From an uncultured bacterium (GTDB taxonomy: Bacteria; Zixibacteria; MSB-5A5; GN15; FEB-12): DNA of 64,000 bases. The DNA is taken from positions 30,929 through 94,928 of the forward strand of contig CBFDBU010000008.1 in the NCBI GenBank assembly GCA_965603125.1. The letters are read 5' to 3'. The translations under genes were made by a program, and so were the position numbers. Under the pieces are notes generated by a model. That model was not told where the DNA came from. It made no database searches and saw only the letters and a list, made by a program, of their open reading frames with translations. Shown piece by piece: positions 8,675-18,086 of this stretch (the first letter of the stretch is position 1; each line of letters opens with the position of its first letter).

Positions 8675-9354
8675 ATATGATCAACCTTTTCATAAACGGC
8701 TTGAAGGTTTCGGTGGAAAAAGGCACGACTTTGCTCGAGGCCGCTAAGTTCCTCGGCTTTCCCATTCCGACGTTGTGCTACATGGAGGGGCTATCACCCT
8801 ACGGGGCGTGTCGGCTGTGCGTGGTTGAGATCGGCGAGGGACCGAGAGCCAAGCTGGTTTCCTCGTGTACCTATCCGGCCGAGGAGGGACTGAAAGTCCG
8901 CACTGCTTCAGAGCGTGTCGTGAGGGCGCGCAAGATGGTTCTCGAACTGCTGCTGGCGTCATGTCCACAGTCCAAAATCATACAAGACCTTGCCGCCGCT
9001 CACGATATTCGGCAGCAGCGGTTCCGGCAGGAATATGAAGACTGCATTTTGTGCGGGCTGTGCGTGCGCATGTGTGAAGAGCAGATGATGGCCAAGGCCA
9101 TCGGCTTTCGTGGACGTGGCCAGAACCGGAGCATCGGCACACCGTTCGACATGACCTCTGATGTCTGCCGCCAGTGCGGGGGATGCATATACGTCTGCCC
9201 GGCCTGCTCGCTGCGGTGTACGTATACTGAGCCTGAGAAGGCGATCTGCGGAGGCTGCGCCAACTTGAGCCCCCCCTGTCTCGAAAAAGAAAAGTATGAA
9301 GATATGATGTGCTACATGGAACCCTGTGTGGCATGTGAGATCAAGAAAGATTGA
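8671..9354 (+). CDS. ferredoxin, NuoG/HydA N-terminal-like [2Fe-2S] plus two [4Fe-4S] motifs
   Basis: PTLCYMEGLSPYGACRLCVVEI...SSCTYP, CILCGLCVRMC and CRQCGGCIYVCP. The ATGA start/stop overlaps the preceding gene. Confidence 0.85.
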   Translation: MNMINLFINGLKVSVEKGTTLLEAAKFLGFPIPTLCYMEGLSPYGACRLCVVEIGEGPRAKLVSSCTYPAEEGLKVRTASERVVRARKMVLELLLASCPQSKIIQDLAAAHDIRQQRFRQEYEDCILCGLCVRMCEEQMMAKAIGFRGRGQNRSIGTPFDMTSDVCRQCGGCIYVCPACSLRCTYTEPEKAICGGCANLSPPCLEKEKYEDMMCYMEPCVACEIKKD

Positions 9355-9376
9355 GGTCGGCAACGGAGGAAAAACA

Positions 9377-10966
9377 ATGTCCATGACGTTATCAAGAGTG
9401 AATTCATCGGCCGCGACTCTGACGAAGAACCGCACCGAAGGTTCGGTTACGCCAAGTTCAGGTATGTGTGTCACCTGTGTGGACGGCTGCATCGGCATGT
9501 GCGAAATCGGGAAGTCCGCCTACCGGGGGCATGAGGTAATCTACCCTCAGCCGTTTGGGGTCATTACCACCGCGTCGGAAAAAAACTATCCGATTGACTA
9601 TTCCCACTTCAATATCATGGGTACCGCTGTGGGCGCTCACGGCATCGAGGCCGACAGCGACAAGGCCATCTTCCCCAACGTCAGTCTTGAAGTCACCTTC
9701 GGACACGACAAGAGGTTGAAATTCCGTTTGCCGTGGATTATTCCCGGAATCGGCTCTACGGACATCGCCAAGAACAACTGGGAAGGCCTGGCTATCGGCA
9801 CCGCTCTGGCGGGTACCGGGCTGACTATCGGCGAGAATGTCGTCGGCATGGACCCAGAGTCCGTTATCAAGAAAAGTCGCGTTGTTGACACCGTTGACCT
9901 CAAGAGACGCGTGAAACTCTTCACGGATAACCAGCGCGACGGGTATGGAGCCACCATCGTGCAGGCAAACGTCGAGGACACGCGTCTCGGTGTCCAGGAG
10001 TATGCCATCAACGAGTTGGGCGTCGAGGTCGTGGAGCTCAAATGGGGCCAGGGAGCCAAGGACATCGGCGGCGAGGTCAAAATCAGGGACCTGAAGAAAG
10101 CCCAGATGCTCTATGAGCGCGGCTATGTAGTCCTGCCCAATCCTACCGACCCTGCCGTCATCAAGGCGTTTGAGCGCGGTTCATTCAAGGAGTTTGAAAG
10201 ACACTCCCGCATGGGTATGGTTTCTGAAGAAGGGTTCGCCTCCAGAGTTGAGGAACTGCGCAAGGCCGGAGCCGAGTATCTTTTCTTGAAGACCGGCGCC
10301 TACGGACCGGCGGACCTGGCCCGGGCGGTCAAGTATGCCTCCAAGTACAAGATCGACCTTCTCACCGTCGATGGAGCCGGAGGCGGTACCGGCATGAGTC
10401 CCTGGCGAATGATGAACGAATGGGGTGTGCCACCCGTAGAACTGCACTCGTTGTTGTACCAGTACACCAAACGTATGGCCGACAAGGGCGAACACGTCCC
10501 CGCGCTCGCCTTGGCAGGCGGATTCACTTTCGAGGATCAGATCTTCAAGGCCCTGGCTATCGGCGCCCCCTTCGTTAAGCTGGTAGGCATGGCTCGCGGT
10601 CCCATTGCGGCCACCATGGTCGGCAAGACAATCGGCGCGGCTATTGATAACCATCAACTGCCCGTGTACGTGGAGCGCTTCGGTCAGACGCGGGACGAGA
10701 TATTCGTCACCTCCGGGGAATTGCGCAAGGAGATTGGAGACAAGGAATTCGAAGCCCTGCCGGCAGGCGCCATCGGCCTGTACACGTACTACGAGCGCCT
10801 GGCCCAGGGTCTACGACAACTCATGTGCGGTAGCCGGAAATTCGCACCTGAATATATCTCGCGCGACGATATTGCCGCCCTGACTCCCGAGGCAGCGCAG
10901 GTCAGCGGGATTCGATACATCATGGACGTCGGGAAAGAGGAGGTTGATCAGATTCTCAACGCATAG
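9377..10966 (+). CDS. FMN-binding glutamate synthase family protein (GltB FMN domain only)
   Basis: VDGAGGGTGMSPW and LAGGFTFEDQIFKALAIGA are typical of the Glu_synthase (PF01645) barrel. There is an N-terminal CVTCVDGCIGMCEIG cluster motif. GGAGG lies 7 nt before ATG 9377, and the track start 9326 overlaps the upstream gene. Confidence 0.85.
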   Translation: MSMTLSRVNSSAATLTKNRTEGSVTPSSGMCVTCVDGCIGMCEIGKSAYRGHEVIYPQPFGVITTASEKNYPIDYSHFNIMGTAVGAHGIEADSDKAIFPNVSLEVTFGHDKRLKFRLPWIIPGIGSTDIAKNNWEGLAIGTALAGTGLTIGENVVGMDPESVIKKSRVVDTVDLKRRVKLFTDNQRDGYGATIVQANVEDTRLGVQEYAINELGVEVVELKWGQGAKDIGGEVKIRDLKKAQMLYERGYVVLPNPTDPAVIKAFERGSFKEFERHSRMGMVSEEGFASRVEELRKAGAEYLFLKTGAYGPADLARAVKYASKYKIDLLTVDGAGGGTGMSPWRMMNEWGVPPVELHSLLYQYTKRMADKGEHVPALALAGGFTFEDQIFKALAIGAPFVKLVGMARGPIAATMVGKTIGAAIDNHQLPVYVERFGQTRDEIFVTSGELRKEIGDKEFEALPAGAIGLYTYYERLAQGLRQLMCGSRKFAPEYISRDDIAALTPEAAQVSGIRYIMDVGKEEVDQILNA

Positions 10967-11370
10967 AACCCGACTCCGTTACAAACAACCGGAGATCCCG
11001 GTTTCACACTGCCCAGCGGCAGACGAAAGCCGATCCTGACGACATCGGCCGGGGGGGTTTCCGGGCGTCATACTCCTCAAGAGGGCCTCCTGTTGCGAGG
11101 GTCTTTCAGCAAAACAGCACTCTGTCTTGTGACCCCCGCAGCAGTGAGGCTCTCTATATTGAGGGAGACTGCCACCAGTACAGCAGGTGAGCGTATCCGT
11201 GGTCAATGTTGCCATGAGCGTCGCCTCACACCTTACCCCTTTACATAGCGCAGGAAAGAACAGCATTGATGGACTTGTGATACGAATCAGAATATCTGCG
11301 TCGACCTATCATATCGAGACAAGGCAACCGTCAGAGGACAAGGTGACCATCTGACCGGTTTCGGAGCAAC

Positions 11371-11438
11371 TGTAGGTCAAGACAACTGCGGTCACGACAT
11401 CCGCATCTGTCGGAATCGCATGGGTTCCGACCTACAGG
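11371..11438. repeat. 68-nt composite palindromic element, copy 1
   Basis: TGTAGGTC...GACCTACA outer inverted repeat enclosing two hairpins. It has the same length and architecture as 56639..56706. Confidence 0.75.
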
Positions 11439-11538
11439 ACTGCAACGTGAGGCAATTCACCTGCAACCCGGGATCAAAATGGTTTGGGTTTACGACACGA
11501 AGTCGTTACCATGTACGTGACTCGTTTAAGGAGGACAG

Positions 11539-14500
11539 GTGCTCAAGATGTATCTATCTATAGTGGCTCTCATTGCCACCCTTTCATGTTCTCTCGCAGC
11601 CGGCGGGGTTCAAAGTCGGTCGTGGCAGGATATGCTGACCTTGGCGGACTCCCTGTCAAACGCCGCCAACTACGACTCGGCGCTTGCAGTTTCAGGGCTG
11701 GCGCTCGATCAGGCCCGGCAGGAACTTGGGCAAGAGGACACGGTCGTGGCAGCGATCCACTATCGGGTCGGCATGTGCCTCTTTGAGATGCTGGACTATG
11801 CCAACGCCGAGCAATCTCTGCAGCAGTCCCTCGCCATTCGTAACAGATTAATCGACGGCGATCATTGCGACCTGGCTGCAAACCTCTACTATCTTGGCGC
11901 CATACGCCTGAGGCAGGCCAGGTATGACGAGGCCGAGCCGTTCTTTGAGCAGGCGCTGGCCATGCGCGAACGTCTCTTCGGCCCGCGGCATCCGAAGGTT
12001 GCGAAGAGCCTGTTCGGCCTTACGTCGCTCCGGCTGCGGCAGGACCGACTGGCCGATGCGGAGGCTCTCGGCAGGCGGGCTCTGGACATCGTAACGGAAT
12101 CATCCGGGCCGGATAGCCCCGATATTGTCACTCCTTCGGTTATCCTGGCTGATGTGTTGATTCGTTTTGGTCGCTATCGAGAAGCAGCCGCATACTACAA
12201 GCGATCACTGGAGGTCGGTGAGAAGAGCCTGAATGTCGACCACCCGCGGGTCGCGCGCAGTATGTCGGGCCTCGCGGGCGTCTACTATATACTCGGCGAT
12301 TACCCGGAGGCCGAGTCTATGTACCTGCGCGCCGCTGAAATCCATGAGGACATATTCGGAGAAGACAGCTACCTGGTCGGAATCGATCTGATGAACCTCG
12401 GTTTGCTCTATATGGCGGAAGGCAGACTCGATGCTGCCGAAGACCATTACCGTAGAGCGGTTCACATTTTTGAAACGTCACTTGGCCCCGACCATATATT
12501 TGTGGGCAGTAGCGCCCATTTTCTGGCACAAGTGTCTATGCTCCAGCGCAAGTATGCAGAAGCGGAATCATCACTCGCTCGGGCGCTGCAGATCACGACC
12601 AAGCGTTTCGGACCGCAGCATTCGGAAACCGCCATTATCATGAACTCGCTGGCAGACGTTCACCTGGCACGAGGAGAGTACGGTCAGGCTGATTCCGTGT
12701 TCCGCGGCGCGCTCCGTATTCTGGCAGACGTGTTAGGCGAAGAACACCCCGAGGTCGGCGGAAGCCTCAGCGGAATAGCCACCTGTCATCTTATGCGAGG
12801 TCAGTACGAGCAGGCTCTCGAGTTCTATCTGAGGACCAGACGCATATCAGAGCAGGCCTATGGAGTCGAGCATCCCCAGTATGCCGGTAGTTGCGAGTCG
12901 TTGAGCAAGTGCTGTCGTCTGGCCGGAGACCACAAGGGAAGTCTCGAGTTCGCCGCGCAGGCGGTCGCTGTTCGCAGCCGTAACCTTCAGCTCGGCGCAA
13001 TGGTGATGTCGGAACAAGATGCCCTGACCTACGCCCGGCAGATGCGGCATTCGGTCAACGGCTATCTGACCGCATTTCTCGAAGCCGCTGTTGGCGATTC
13101 GGTAGGCTTCGCTATGGCAGCAGACATCGTCCTGTCGGCGAAGGGGAGTGTGTCCGACGAGATTTTCAGCCGCCGCAAGTCTGTGATTACCGAGACGGAC
13201 ACGGTTACCGTCGCCCTCGCCGAGAACTACCGGTTTGCCAAGTTTCGACTGTCGCAGTTGTTCAACGAAGGACCGGGCGAGAAGACTCCGGAACATTTCA
13301 GGCGGGAACTGGATTCACTGCGCGGGCGAATCAACGACCTGGAATCGGAGTTGGCCCGCAGGAGCAGGAGTTTCAGAACCAGGCAGGATCGGCGGGACAT
13401 CCGCGGCGAGCGCATCGCCGGTCTTCTGCCAGATAATTCCGTCCTTGTGGAATACGTGAGTTACGATCGGCACATCGGCCCCGGCGATTCCACCCGTTCT
13501 CGTTACCTCGTCGTCGTGGTCGACAACTATGGCGCGCGTGACATGGTGGATATCGGCCCGGCGGAGGATATCGACGCGCTTGTAGACCGGTATCGCCACC
13601 ACCTGCTCGACGTCTCGACACGCGCTCGCGGGCCGTCAGTTATTGACCAGGCGCAGTATGAAACGATCAGCAGGGAGTTGTACCGGGCCGTCCTCAAACC
13701 GGTCGAAAAGCGGCTGGACGACAGGGACCTGGTCTTTGTGTCGCCTGACGGGGGGCTGACATTGGTGTCGTTTGCAGGATTGCAGGACGAGGAGGGAAAG
13801 TACCTGATCGAAAAATATCCTGTGCACTATCTGACTTCCGGTCGCGACCTTCTCCGGTTCATGGACGTTCCCCCGGCGTCGACCGGTCTGCTGGCAATGG
13901 GCGACCCCGACTATGATGCCACCGCAGAGGCGCGTCTGTCAAGTCTGAGAGAAACGCAGGACGCGCCGACATTACCACAAAACACCCCACAGCCTGATTC
14001 GCCGCAAAGTGACCTGCGCTCCGGATGCGGTCGCCTTGATGAGATCACGGTCAAGCCGCTTCCGGCGACCCGGTATGAGATAGAGAAGGTCGCCGAAAGC
14101 TGGCGCGCAAGCTCGCCGGAACCGGCCGTAGTCTGTCTCGGCTCTCGTGCCGGCGAGGAGGCGCTCAAGCTGAAAGCGCCGGGAAGCCGCGTCATTCATC
14201 TGGCTACCCACGGCTACTTTCTTCAGGGTGATTGCGGGACGCTGTTCCCACAGTCCGGTCACACTCTCGACTACGGGTTTGTCGGCGAAAACCCGCTGCT
14301 GTTGTCCGGATTGTTCCTTGCCGGCGCCAACCTTCACGGCCGCGGAGCCGACAGCATCGGGGCCGACGACGGCATCCTGTCGGCCGAAGAAGTGACGGCA
14401 CTGGATCTTGACGGCACGGAACTGGTGGTATTGTCCGCCTGCGAAACCGGACTGGGGAGAGTGACCGCCGGCGAAGGGGTCTACGGTCTGCGTCGCGCTT

Positions 14501-14721
14501 TTCAATTAGCGGGCGCGCGAACCGTCGTGAGCGCTCTCTGGCCCGTGTCGGACGAGGCCACAGCCGACCTTATGAGCGGACTATATGGCAGGGGGAGTGA
14601 ATCGTTGCCGCAGACAATGCGGGCTATGCAGCAGCAGGTCATCCGTGAGTTACGCTCCGCCGGGGAACGCGATCACCCTTTCAGTTGGGGCGCCTTCGTG
14701 GCCATCGGTGACTGGCGGTGA
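11539..14721 (+). CDS. TPR-repeat / CHAT-domain (caspase-like) protein with N-terminal signal or anchor
   Basis: Hydrophobic N-terminus MYLSIVALIATLSCSLAAGG, then about 10 TPR_12-like repeats (YxxAEPxFxQALAIxE pattern). C-terminal CHAT motifs are HLATHGYF and LVVLSACETG. The start could be GTG 11539 or ATG 11548. Confidence 0.88.
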   Translation: MLKMYLSIVALIATLSCSLAAGGVQSRSWQDMLTLADSLSNAANYDSALAVSGLALDQARQELGQEDTVVAAIHYRVGMCLFEMLDYANAEQSLQQSLAIRNRLIDGDHCDLAANLYYLGAIRLRQARYDEAEPFFEQALAMRERLFGPRHPKVAKSLFGLTSLRLRQDRLADAEALGRRALDIVTESSGPDSPDIVTPSVILADVLIRFGRYREAAAYYKRSLEVGEKSLNVDHPRVARSMSGLAGVYYILGDYPEAESMYLRAAEIHEDIFGEDSYLVGIDLMNLGLLYMAEGRLDAAEDHYRRAVHIFETSLGPDHIFVGSSAHFLAQVSMLQRKYAEAESSLARALQITTKRFGPQHSETAIIMNSLADVHLARGEYGQADSVFRGALRILADVLGEEHPEVGGSLSGIATCHLMRGQYEQALEFYLRTRRISEQAYGVEHPQYAGSCESLSKCCRLAGDHKGSLEFAAQAVAVRSRNLQLGAMVMSEQDALTYARQMRHSVNGYLTAFLEAAVGDSVGFAMAADIVLSAKGSVSDEIFSRRKSVITETDTVTVALAENYRFAKFRLSQLFNEGPGEKTPEHFRRELDSLRGRINDLESELARRSRSFRTRQDRRDIRGERIAGLLPDNSVLVEYVSYDRHIGPGDSTRSRYLVVVVDNYGARDMVDIGPAEDIDALVDRYRHHLLDVSTRARGPSVIDQAQYETISRELYRAVLKPVEKRLDDRDLVFVSPDGGLTLVSFAGLQDEEGKYLIEKYPVHYLTSGRDLLRFMDVPPASTGLLAMGDPDYDATAEARLSSLRETQDAPTLPQNTPQPDSPQSDLRSGCGRLDEITVKPLPATRYEIEKVAESWRASSPEPAVVCLGSRAGEEALKLKAPGSRVIHLATHGYFLQGDCGTLFPQSGHTLDYGFVGENPLLLSGLFLAGANLHGRGADSIGADDGILSAEEVTALDLDGTELVVLSACETGLGRVTAGEGVYGLRRAFQLAGARTVVSALWPVSDEATADLMSGLYGRGSESLPQTMRAMQQQVIRELRSAGERDHPFSWGAFVAIGDWR

Positions 14722-15047
14722 ACCGGAGGCAGGCGCAACTCCCTCCAAACTACACTAGGAACAGGGCGGGGTTCAGAGCCAGCGTTAAACATGTAGTCAA
14801 CGAGATAGACCAGATCGGCAATGTCCACTGGCGGAACACCGCTGTGGTTCACATCGCCGCGGATGGCGCAGCAACTCTCACGCAGCTTAGTCAAAAAAGC
14901 ATCATGGTTGAGCTGAAAGTGAAAGGTCTGATATGCATCCTGGGTAGGTAAATCAGATGACCATGTTTCGCCTGTGACATAAGCGCAGCCCCAACCGTCA
15001 ATGGCGATACCCCACCCATATTCCCAGTTGCTGCCGCCGAGGTGCAC
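14673..15047 (-). pseudogene. 5'-truncated fragment: SBBP-like beta-propeller repeat plus dockerin-like CCxIRGDVNHSG tail
   Basis: WGIAIDGWGCAYVTGETWSSDLPT (SBBP-like), then CCAIRGDVNHSGVPPVDIADLVYLVDYMFNAG (compare 21148..21705). It has no signal peptide or N-terminus. Its tail runs antisense into the end of the CHAT gene. Confidence 0.6.
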
Positions 15048-15246
15048 GATTCGGATCTACAGCCTGGATGGTGATCTGGTGCGGGAGCTGGAGCATGATG
15101 TTGACCAGTCGGACGGCACCGGCAATCATCATACCTGGAACCTGACCACGCGAAACACGCAGATGTTAGTTTCGGGGTTGTACTACTGGACGGTGGAGAT
15201 GCCGGGCGGCGCTGTGCAGATGGGAAGGTTAGCTGTTATCATGTAG
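15031..15246 (+). pseudogene. orphan C-terminal sorting-domain cassette (FlgD-Ig/T9SS-like), no body
   Basis: LPPRCTIRIYSLDGDLVRELEHDV...GLYYWTVEMPGGAVQMGRLAVIM is homologous to the last ~70 aa of 24578.., 27506.., 30577.. and 33417... Homology starts abruptly at 15031, where it abuts the minus-strand fragment. Confidence 0.7.
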
Positions 15247-15269
15247 TGGTGCTTGTTGCTATCGACCGG

Positions 15270-15287
15270 GCAGACGAGGGTGTCTGC
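15270..15287. repeat. GCAGAC...GTCTGC hairpin family member
   Basis: GCAGACgagggtGTCTGC. The reverse complement contains AGACACCCTCGTCTGC, compare 30390..30405 and 56602..56617. Confidence 0.6.
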
Positions 15288-15423
15288 GGGGATTTGAACC
15301 AAGGACCTGCCGATTAAGAAGCAGTTGGCCTGAAAGTCTAATCTGCAAAAGGCTTGACATGCGGCTGCATCAGCTCTACTCTGGAGTTGATTCAAGTGGA
15401 GATAAGGGCGATGGGAAGAGAGT

Positions 15424-16005
15424 TTGACCGCAAGGTTGAGTCAGGAAAACGCATTGACAATTGACATCATTACTAGGTTCCTCCCACGCAAGTTACGGCA
15501 CCTTGGTGTTGGGTTTATTATCGGTGTGGTTGTTACGTGGGGTTATTACTCTCAATTCGTGGCACCCTCTCAAAGAGAGATCTATGGCAAAGACGCTTCT
15601 CGTTTGGAAGCACGGGTGGATGCCCTCACCAGTGAGAATCAGCGATTGAGGAATTCACTGACGGAAGCAACGGCCTACGGCCAACTCGTATGCAGAACAA
15701 AGGTTTCAACGTCCTCTGTACCTTTGATCGGGAATGAAGTCAGGGTCTTCTTCCGAATGCGCAAGCGAGCGAATGAATCTGGAGAGCTTACGGTCGTCCA
15801 TGAAGATCCGAGATCCAGGCAGTATTGGCAGCACAAATTCGATCTTGTGCGACTCACGTTCCCGACAGAGGCTGGGGCCGTCCACAGTTTTGAATACAAC
15901 GAGCAAGAGTACATCATGGTTGTCAAGGAAATCCGTGATGACACGGCCAGCATTGCGCTGCACAGGTGCTTGCAGATCACTGCTACGCCGCCCACAAATC
16001 CCTAA
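15424..16005 (+). CDS. hypothetical membrane-anchored protein
   Basis: Only an ORF with a TTG start, one hydrophobic segment (LGVGFIIGVVVTWGYY) and a coiled-coil-like stretch. No motif recognised. Confidence 0.4.
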   Translation: MTARLSQENALTIDIITRFLPRKLRHLGVGFIIGVVVTWGYYSQFVAPSQREIYGKDASRLEARVDALTSENQRLRNSLTEATAYGQLVCRTKVSTSSVPLIGNEVRVFFRMRKRANESGELTVVHEDPRSRQYWQHKFDLVRLTFPTEAGAVHSFEYNEQEYIMVVKEIRDDTASIALHRCLQITATPPTNP

Positions 16006-16017
16006 GCCACCCCCCCC

Positions 16018-17787
16018 CTACTTTCCCTTTCCTGCTTTCTCCATCTTCGCCCAGGTGTCGCGCAGCGGTACCGTTCGGTTGAATACGAGCGCTCCGTCCG
16101 CGGAATCCACCGGATCAAGACAGAAGTAACCCTGACGCAGGAACTGGTAACGCGCCCCGGGAACCGCGCCTGAGAGCGATGGTTCCACCCGGCATGAAGT
16201 GAGGGTCTCCAGCGAGTCCGGGTTCAGGTAGTCGGTGAAATCGCCACCCTCGTCAGTCTCCAGCGGATTCTCTTTCGTAAACAGGTGGCTGTAGAGCCGA
16301 ACGGTGGCTGGTATGGACTGAGCCGCCGAGACCCAGTGCAGCGTTCCCTTGACTTTGCGTCCGGCAGGGGAGGTGCCGCTTTTCGTCTCAGGGTCGTAGG
16401 TGCAGTGCAGGGCGATGACTTCGCCCGTCTGCTCGTCTTTGACCACCCGCTCGCACTTGATTATGTAGGCGTGCTTGAGCCGCACCTCGCGGCCGGGGGC
16501 CAGGCGGAAAAACTTCCGGGGAGGGTCCTCGCGGAAATCCTCGCGCTCAATATACAACTCGCGCGAGAAGGGAAGCTGCCGGGTACCCATAGCAGCATCT
16601 TCGGGGTTATTCACCGCATCCAACTGTTCCACGCGATCTTCGGGGTAGTTGTCGATAATCAGCTTGAGAGGACGAAGCACAGCCATGACGCGCGGCGCCT
16701 GCCGGTTCAGCTCCTCGCGAACGCTGTATTCGAGATCGGCTGCCGCCACTATACTGTCCCTTTTCGCCACGCCGATGCGACCGATGAAGTTGCGGATAGA
16801 CTCCGGTGTATAGCCCCGCCGGCGCAGACCGGACAGGGTAGGCATCCGCGGATCATCCCATCCGCTCACGTGACCTTCGCTGATCAGCCGGGCGAGGATA
16901 CGTTTACTCAATACGGTATAGCTGATGTTGAGACGGGCGAACTCGATTTGCTGGGGATGGTGAACGGGCAGTTGATCCAGAAACCAGTCGTACAGGGGGC
17001 GGTGGTCTTCAAAGTCCAGGTCACAAAGCGAGTGCGTTATCCCCTCGATGGAGTCCGAGAGGCAGTGGGTGAAATCGTACATCGGATAGATGCACCACTT
17101 GTCTCCGGTGCGGTGGTGTGTCGCTCTCATGATGCGGTAAATGACCGGATCGCGCATGTTGAGATTCCCGGCGGCCATGTCGATTTTCGCCCGCAGTACG
17201 CGGGATCCGTCTTCAAACTCGCCGGCGCGCATTTGCTTGAACAGATCCAGGTTCTCCTCGACGGATCGGCCACGGTAGGGGCTGTCGCGGCCCGGTTTTG
17301 TCAGTGTGCCGCGGTATTCTCTGATCTCGTCACCGCTCAGATCACAAACGTAGGCTTTGCCGTCCCTGATGAGTTGAACGGCGTACTCATAGAGCTGCCC
17401 GAAGTAGTCGGAGGCGTAGTACAGACGGTCGTCCCAGCCAAATCCCAGCCAGCGGATGTCCTCCTGGATGGCGTCCACGTATTCGACATCCTCCTTGGTC
17501 GGGTTGGTGTCGTCAAAGCGGAGGTTGCACAGCCCGGAATATTCAGCGGCGATTCCGAAATCGAGACAAATCGCCTTGGCATGCCCAATGTGCAGACAAC
17601 CGTTCGGCTCCGGGGGGAATCGAGTATGGACCCGCCCCTCATTCTTGCCTGCCCTGATATCCGCCTCGACGATGCTTCGGATGAAATCCAGCGATGCCGA
17701 GGCATCACTGCCGGAGCTTCCGGCGGTTCCGTCTTGTTTTTTTGCTCCGTCGTTGCCCGGTTGTGAAAAGGGCTCTTTTGTTGTCAC
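16018..17787 (-). CDS. glnS: glutamine--tRNA ligase
   Basis: [25 protein letters not shown] (HIGH), [10 protein letters not shown] and VLSKR (KMSKS). The likely start is GTG 17787 with a GAGGAAG RBS. The track ORF extends to 17970 with no internal ATG. Confidence 0.93.
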   Translation of the reverse strand: MTTKEPFSQPGNDGAKKQDGTAGSSGSDASASLDFIRSIVEADIRAGKNEGRVHTRFPPEPNGCLHIGHAKAICLDFGIAAEYSGLCNLRFDDTNPTKEDVEYVDAIQEDIRWLGFGWDDRLYYASDYFGQLYEYAVQLIRDGKAYVCDLSGDEIREYRGTLTKPGRDSPYRGRSVEENLDLFKQMRAGEFEDGSRVLRAKIDMAAGNLNMRDPVIYRIMRATHHRTGDKWCIYPMYDFTHCLSDSIEGITHSLCDLDFEDHRPLYDWFLDQLPVHHPQQIEFARLNISYTVLSKRILARLISEGHVSGWDDPRMPTLSGLRRRGYTPESIRNFIGRIGVAKRDSIVAAADLEYSVREELNRQAPRVMAVLRPLKLIIDNYPEDRVEQLDAVNNPEDAAMGTRQLPFSRELYIEREDFREDPPRKFFRLAPGREVRLKHAYIIKCERVVKDEQTGEVIALHCTYDPETKSGTSPAGRKVKGTLHWVSAAQSIPATVRLYSHLFTKENPLETDEGGDFTDYLNPDSLETLTSCRVEPSLSGAVPGARYQFLRQGYFCLDPVDSADGALVFNRTVPLRDTWAKMEKAGKGK

Positions 17788-18086
17788 TGTCTTCCTCGAT
17801 TCCTGCTGCTGTGTCGATAGGCTCGCATACTGCGAGCTAACGTTGCCGCGAGCGACTCCGTCACGCCCGATTGCCAAATCTAACCAATCCGGCCATCTCT
17901 GCAACCTAAATGTGTGGCAATATCTGACGTGGCGAGCGATAGTGTGATGCGGGGGAGAGCGGTGCAGCACTTTTTTTCTAACGGATAGAGGCTCATTTGC
18001 GAAAAAATTTTAAGACAATGTTGACTGTCGAACGTCATATAGCTGAAATTGTATTAAAAGAAACCCGCTTTAACTGAGGATACGCC

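Noticed and set aside
9326-9376. Track start 9326 for the GltB-family gene
   Set aside because: It overlaps the end of the ferredoxin gene and lacks an RBS, whereas ATG 9377 has GGAGG 7 nt upstream.
10979-11266. 95-aa Cys-containing minus-strand ORF in the 570-bp spacer before the CHAT gene
   Set aside because: No RBS, no recognisable motif and no conserved Cys spacing. The spacer also holds the palindromic element. It is treated as non-coding.
15288-15345. tRNA-like T-arm motif (reverse complement GGTTCAAATCC, with a CTTCTTAAT loop-like stretch upstream)
   Set aside because: I could not fold a cloverleaf. The T stem has two mismatches, the anticodon stem pairs at only 3-4 of 5 positions, and no D arm or acceptor complement exists. 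At best it is a decayed tRNA fragment.
16285-17766. 493-aa ORF on the plus strand
   Set aside because: It lies entirely antisense to glnS, which has unambiguous HIGH/KMSKS motifs. Its composition (Arg/Ala/Gly/Val-rich) and lack of motifs are typical of a GC-rich shadow ORF.
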